DNA of 64,000 bases from Halarcobacter sp. (GTDB taxonomy: Bacteria; Campylobacterota; Campylobacteria; Campylobacterales; Arcobacteraceae): the NCBI GenBank assembly GCA_048571215.1, contig CP182352.1, positions 1,536,001-1,600,000 of the forward strand, given 5' to 3'. The first letter of the stretch is position 1. The number at the start of each line of letters is the position of its first letter. Shown here piece by piece: positions 59,507 through 64,000 of the stretch. A program made the translations under genes and the position numbers. The notes beneath the pieces are model-generated. The model saw nothing but the letters and a program-made list of their open reading frames with translations. It was not told the DNA's origin and searched no databases.

Positions 59507-60322
59507 TTATTTAATTATAAAATTATTTGGACTGTTTGCAAAGAGTTTTTTAAAATTTCTTATAAAATGACTCTGATCATAAAAGCCTGATTTAGAAGCT
59601 ACATAAGATATAGTATTGGTATTGTCTAAGAGTAAGTTTTTAGATCTATTAATTTTTTCATTAACCATAAAGGCATGAGGAGTTAATCCAAATTCTTTTT
59701 TAAAGATTCTACTTATATAAGTACTATTATATCCTGTATATCTAGACAAATCTTCTAAAGATATATTTTCATCTAAATTATCTAATATATACTCTTTCGT
59801 TAAAGATATTAAACTTTTATCAATTTTATTAAATAATTGTTTGCTTTCTTTAGTAATATTTGTTCTAAATAAACTTGAAATAAATTTGGCTATCTCTTTT
59901 TCAAAATTATAAAAGTTGGTACTCTTCTGTATTTTTTCACATATTTTTATAAGAGTTTCATATTTAGATTGATTATTAATCATATTTTTATCAAATAACA
60001 TAAATTGATTGTCTTGGGTTATATTTAACTCTTTTTGCAAATTAATACACCATTTGATATCTAAATAAAGAGTATAGTAACCTACAGTTTTTATCTCACT
60101 CTCTTTTGACCAATGAACCTGATAAGGGTTAAATATTGCAATCTTATTTTTTAGAAGAATCTCTTTAGTGTTTTCTTTTATAAACTCAATATTAACTTTT
60201 CCATTCTCAAGACAAGATATACTTAACATATCATGAAAATGTTTTGAATAATTAGAAAAAAATTTTTTACTATAATTTAATTGAGCAAACGATTTACCGC
60301 TATTTGTAAATAAATGTTTTAT
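59507..60322 (-). CDS. AraC family regulator with cupin domain, probable ATA start
   Basis: FKKEFGLTPH, GFYDQSHF; 31 in-frame codons upstream of the 60229 ATG include HFH and follow AAGGA. Confidence 0.82.
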   Translation of the reverse strand: MKHLFTNSGKSFAQLNYSKKFFSNYSKHFHDMLSISCLENGKVNIEFIKENTKEILLKNKIAIFNPYQVHWSKESEIKTVGYYTLYLDIKWCINLQKELNITQDNQFMLFDKNMINNQSKYETLIKICEKIQKSTNFYNFEKEIAKFISSLFRTNITKESKQLFNKIDKSLISLTKEYILDNLDENISLEDLSRYTGYNSTYISRIFKKEFGLTPHAFMVNEKINRSKNLLLDNTNTISYVASKSGFYDQSHFIRNFKKLFANSPNNFIIK

Positions 60323-60418
60323 TCTTTATCCTTTATTTCGTCAAAAGTTTAACTATTTTTTTATAAAAAGTTGATTTTATACAAGACAAGTTTTTTTATT
60401 TTGTGTAAAATTGTACTT

Positions 60419-61321
60419 ATGAATTATAAAGAAACATTAAATAAATCGCTTCAAAGTGCTTGGATTATTTTAAAGCTTGTAATACCTATATATATCCTTG
60501 CTGATATTTTATACTTTTACAATACTTTATCATATGTATCATTTTTAGTAGAACCATTTACAAGTGTGATTGGACTACCAGCTGAAACTTCACTAGCAAT
60601 CATTAGTGGAATATTTTTAAACCTTTACGCAGCAGTTGCCTTTGCCGCTCCACTAGAGCTTACGCCTTACCAGTGGAGTATTCTAGCAGTATTTCTTGGA
60701 GTTTGTCACTCCTTAGTTGTAGAGAGTGTGATTATGAAAAAAATTGGTATATCAAATATATACTCCTATTTACTTAGATTTATTGGTGGATTGTTTTTAG
60801 CATATATTACATACTTGTTGCCATCTTCTTGGTTTGATGCAACAATTAGCGAAGCAGTATTTGAAAAAACAACTTATGATAATTTTCAAAGTCTGATATA
60901 CGGGTCATTTACAAGTTCTATAGGCTTAAGTATTAAAATTATCATACTTATAACTATTTTGATTTTTATAATGGATTTTATAAAAACAAGAAAATTTATA
61001 CTTGAATCTCAAAAAAATGTAAGTAAAGGTTTTTCACTTACAGTTGGCATATTTTTAGGTATAACTTATGGGGCAGGAATACTTATAAATGAAGCAAAAT
61101 CTGGAAGCATAAGTAAAGAAGATCTTTTTTATATAGGTACATTTTTAATGATATGCCATGCAATTATTGAAGATACACTTCTATTTGTAATATTTGGTGC
61201 AGATTTTACTATGGTTATAGTTATACGAACTATTGGAGCTATAGCTTTATCCTATCTATTACTAAAAATATATCAAAAAAGAACAATAGCAATTAAGTAT
61301 GATGATTCTAGCAAAAAATAA
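60419..61321 (+). CDS. Nucleoside-recognition (Gate) domain membrane protein
   Basis: Two hydrophobic repeats (CHSLVVE, CHAIIED); ATG 7 nt after TAAAAT. Confidence 0.7.
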   Translation: MNYKETLNKSLQSAWIILKLVIPIYILADILYFYNTLSYVSFLVEPFTSVIGLPAETSLAIISGIFLNLYAAVAFAAPLELTPYQWSILAVFLGVCHSLVVESVIMKKIGISNIYSYLLRFIGGLFLAYITYLLPSSWFDATISEAVFEKTTYDNFQSLIYGSFTSSIGLSIKIIILITILIFIMDFIKTRKFILESQKNVSKGFSLTVGIFLGITYGAGILINEAKSGSISKEDLFYIGTFLMICHAIIEDTLLFVIFGADFTMVIVIRTIGAIALSYLLLKIYQKRTIAIKYDDSSKK

Positions 61322-61520
61322 AGATATTAATATACAACAATAACTCTTCTAGGCTTAGAAAAAGTGAAAAAAGAAGCTTATATTATCAATGTAGGAAGAA
61401 GAAAACATCCTTGCTTTCTTCTTAGCTTTTGTCAAATTTAGATTTGTAGCTTTTCTTACATTGATTACTTGTTCAGTATTATTTTGAAAAAACTTTTTTC
61501 ACCTGTTTTAATAGTTTCTT

Positions 61521-62537
61521 TTATTTACTAAATACTAATATAAACTCCAATCCCTTATATCCCCCAATAATAAGCCAAAAAAACAAAATAGTAGCTAGAT
61601 AAAATGGTTTTGCTCCTACACTTTTAAACTTTGAAATATGGGTTTGTAAACCCAAAGCTAACATAGCCATAGTTAATAATAAAGTATCAAAATCATTTAT
61701 TATAAGCAAGCCCTCTTTTGGTATAAAACCAAATGAATTAAATATAATTACAACTATAAATAAAACAGCAAACCAAGGGATTACTACTTTACCTTTTTCC
61801 CCTTGAATCTTATTTTTAAAACCCACAAAAGTTAAAACTAATAAAAAAGGAGCAAGTAAGATTACACGAATCATTTTTTCAATAACTGCACTATTTGCAA
61901 CCTCGCCATTTATAGCATTTCCACCTGCAACCACATGGGCAACTTCATGTAGAGTTCCACCTAAATATATCCCAAAATTGTGTGCACTAATATCAAAAGT
62001 TCCCAAATGATATAAAAATGGATATAACAACATAGAAATAGTTCCAAATATTACAACAGTAGAAACAGCAACAGTACTTTTATAAGCTGGTGATTTCAAA
62101 ACAGATTCTGTAGCTAAAACAGCAGCTGCTCCACAAATTGAACTTCCAATACTAGTAAGTATTGTTATCTCTTTATCCATTTTAAGTATTTTTGTACCTA
62201 TGAAATAACCTATTACAAATGTACTTATAACTATAAATAAAGCAAATATCAACCCTTGGGCACCTACTTCTAAAAGATTTTGTAGAGTTAATCTAAACCC
62301 ATAAAGGATAATACCAAAACGTAAAACTCTTTTTGTACTAAAAGATATAGACTCATGTAAAAATTCCATATAACTATTTTTTAAAACATGGGTCAAAAAT
62401 GTACCCAAAAATATTGCAATAATCAAAGGACTAATACTTAAGTGTTTAACAACTTGAATATTAGCAATTACAATTGCAATTAAACTCAGTATAGTAATAA
62501 AACCAAGTCCAATTAGTAGTTTTTTATCTAATTTCAT
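61521..62537 (-). CDS. yeiH: YeiH/PSE family membrane protein
   Basis: GIILYGF, SICGAAAV, HEVAHVVA, KMIRV. Confidence 0.85.
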   Translation of the reverse strand: MKLDKKLLIGLGFITILSLIAIVIANIQVVKHLSISPLIIAIFLGTFLTHVLKNSYMEFLHESISFSTKRVLRFGIILYGFRLTLQNLLEVGAQGLIFALFIVISTFVIGYFIGTKILKMDKEITILTSIGSSICGAAAVLATESVLKSPAYKSTVAVSTVVIFGTISMLLYPFLYHLGTFDISAHNFGIYLGGTLHEVAHVVAGGNAINGEVANSAVIEKMIRVILLAPFLLVLTFVGFKNKIQGEKGKVVIPWFAVLFIVVIIFNSFGFIPKEGLLIINDFDTLLLTMAMLALGLQTHISKFKSVGAKPFYLATILFFWLIIGGYKGLEFILVFSK

Positions 62538-62637
62538 CTTAATCCTTATTGTTTTTGTTAAGTATAAACTTTTTTGTTTAATTTGTAAAATATATTAAAT
62601 TTAATATAATGATTAATATTTTAAATAAGGAACAAAT

Positions 62638-63531
62638 ATGACACTCAAAGAACTTCACTTTTTTTATAGTTTATGCGATAATCCTCAAGTAACTCAAGTA
62701 GCACAACAGTTAAATATTAGTCAATCAGCTATCTCTTTAGCAATTAAATCTTTAGAAGAAAAGTTAGGAGAATCACTATTTGACCGTTTAGGTAAAAAAC
62801 TTATTCTAAATGAGAGGGGAAGATATTTTAAGGAACAAACATACAAACACTATATAGCTATAAAAGATGCACAAACTATTTTCCAAACCAATAAACTAGC
62901 AGGAAGACTAAAAATAGCAGCAAGTAAAACCGTATCAAACTTTATAATGCCTGATATATATTTTGATTTTTTAAACCTTTATCCTGAAGTTTCTTTTGAT
63001 ATAGATTCTATAAATTCAACACATATTATAGATAAAGTTGTAAATGGAAATCTTGATATTGGGCTTATAGAAACCAATTCAAGTCATTCAAATATCATTA
63101 AAAAACATCTATGTGAAGATGAATTAATAGTTGTAACAAGTGATAAAAACTGCCCTAAAAAAGCCTATATAGATACTATAAATAAACAATGGATTCTAAG
63201 GGAAACAGGATCAGGAACAAGAGAAATATTTATAGATAGATTAGGAACACTAGCAAATGAAATAGATATTTTTATGGAATTACATAGTTTTCAAGAGATA
63301 AAAACAATAGTTTTAAATAATCCAAATACAATAACAGCCATATCCAAAGTGGCAGTAGAAAATGAGCTTAAAAACAAACAACTTTTTGAAATAAAACTTA
63401 TCAATATAGATTTTAAACGAGATTTTTCTTTGATTTATCATAAAAACAAATCACATAATTTATTGTTTGACACCTTTGTTAAATTTATACTAAATAAATT
63501 AAATAATAAAAAGATAAGTTTTCTATGCTAA
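62638..63531 (+). CDS. LysR family regulator (YeiE/CysL-like)
   Basis: SQSAIS...LFDR-x-GK, RETGSGTR; divergent from yeiH. Confidence 0.88.
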   Translation: MTLKELHFFYSLCDNPQVTQVAQQLNISQSAISLAIKSLEEKLGESLFDRLGKKLILNERGRYFKEQTYKHYIAIKDAQTIFQTNKLAGRLKIAASKTVSNFIMPDIYFDFLNLYPEVSFDIDSINSTHIIDKVVNGNLDIGLIETNSSHSNIIKKHLCEDELIVVTSDKNCPKKAYIDTINKQWILRETGSGTREIFIDRLGTLANEIDIFMELHSFQEIKTIVLNNPNTITAISKVAVENELKNKQLFEIKLINIDFKRDFSLIYHKNKSHNLLFDTFVKFILNKLNNKKISFLC

Positions 63532-63558
63532 AATAAATGGAGAAAAAAGGAATACATA

Positions 63559-64000
63559 ATGAAAATAAAAATATTACTTATAACTTTATTATTATCTTAT
63601 ATCTCTTTAAATGCTGATGATTTAAGATTACAGATTGACCAGCTTTCAAATAATACAAATCACAAAATTATAGATGTTAGAAAAAAAGAGCTTTATCTTG
63701 AAGGTCATATTAAAAATGCTTTAAACTTTCCCATAGATCTAAGCTATGATAATAAAAAAACAAGTGGTAAATTAGTTGAACTAAATAAAATGCAAAAAAT
63801 TTTAAGAGATCTTGGACTTGATACAAATGATAAAATTGTGATTTATGATGATGGCAATTTTTTTGATGCTGCTAGACTTTTTTGGGCTTTAGAAGTATAT
63901 GGCTTCAAGGATGTAAAACTTCTAAATGGTGGCTTTGATGAATGGGAAACCCTAGGTTTACCCGTATCAAAAGATGTAGTAACTCCCTCAAAGAGTAAAT
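63559..64000 (+). CDS. Secreted rhodanese/sulfurtransferase (partial, runs off the window)
   Basis: Manual translation: signal peptide, IIDVR, GHIKNA, IVIYDD, AARLFW, LNGG. Confidence 0.8.
   Translation, partial: MKIKILLITLLLSYISLNADDLRLQIDQLSNNTNHKIIDVRKKELYLEGHIKNALNFPIDLSYDNKKTSGKLVELNKMQKILRDLGLDTNDKIVIYDDGNFFDAARLFWALEVYGFKDVKLLNGGFDEWETLGLPVSKDVVTPSKSK

Noticed and set aside
61331..61441. Frame reading LEKVKKEAYIINVGR (2-hydroxyacid dehydrogenase-like), overlapping an imperfect long stem
   Set aside because: No start or RBS, very short match, and AT-rich sequence; cannot separate remnant, terminator and chance
1..64000. tRNA, rRNA, integrase, transposase or prophage genes
   Set aside because: None recognised by eye; a tRNAscan/Infernal run would be needed to exclude small RNAs

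Overview
Very AT-rich bacterial chromosome segment. Gene content and protein style suggest Campylobacterota, probably Arcobacteraceae (inference). It carries housekeeping and stress genes (thiD, pdxH, thiI, an ABC-F ATPase), a CFA-synthase/DUF1365/FAD-oxidoreductase lipid-modification cluster, three c-di-GMP enzymes, an orphan MotA/MotB(ZorAB)-like pair, a quinone/electrophile detox operon, a HipA toxin-antitoxin pair and several transporters and regulators. The standout is a compact type III-A CRISPR-Cas locus (42.2-51.7 kb). Cas10 lacks the HD nuclease but keeps GGDD. Csm3 appears to have Ser at the catalytic Asp position. There is no cas1/cas2, Csm6/Csx1 or ring nuclease in the window. The operon ends with a frameshifted HEPN gene and a TM-anchored Rossmannoid/REC-like gene, which suggests a signal-only type III system with non-CARF effectors. 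Also notable are a 3x109-bp structured repeat with strand-specific G-U and compensatory changes, and heptamer hairpins interrupting the CRISPR trailer repeats. All family calls are by eye from motifs; no searches were run.
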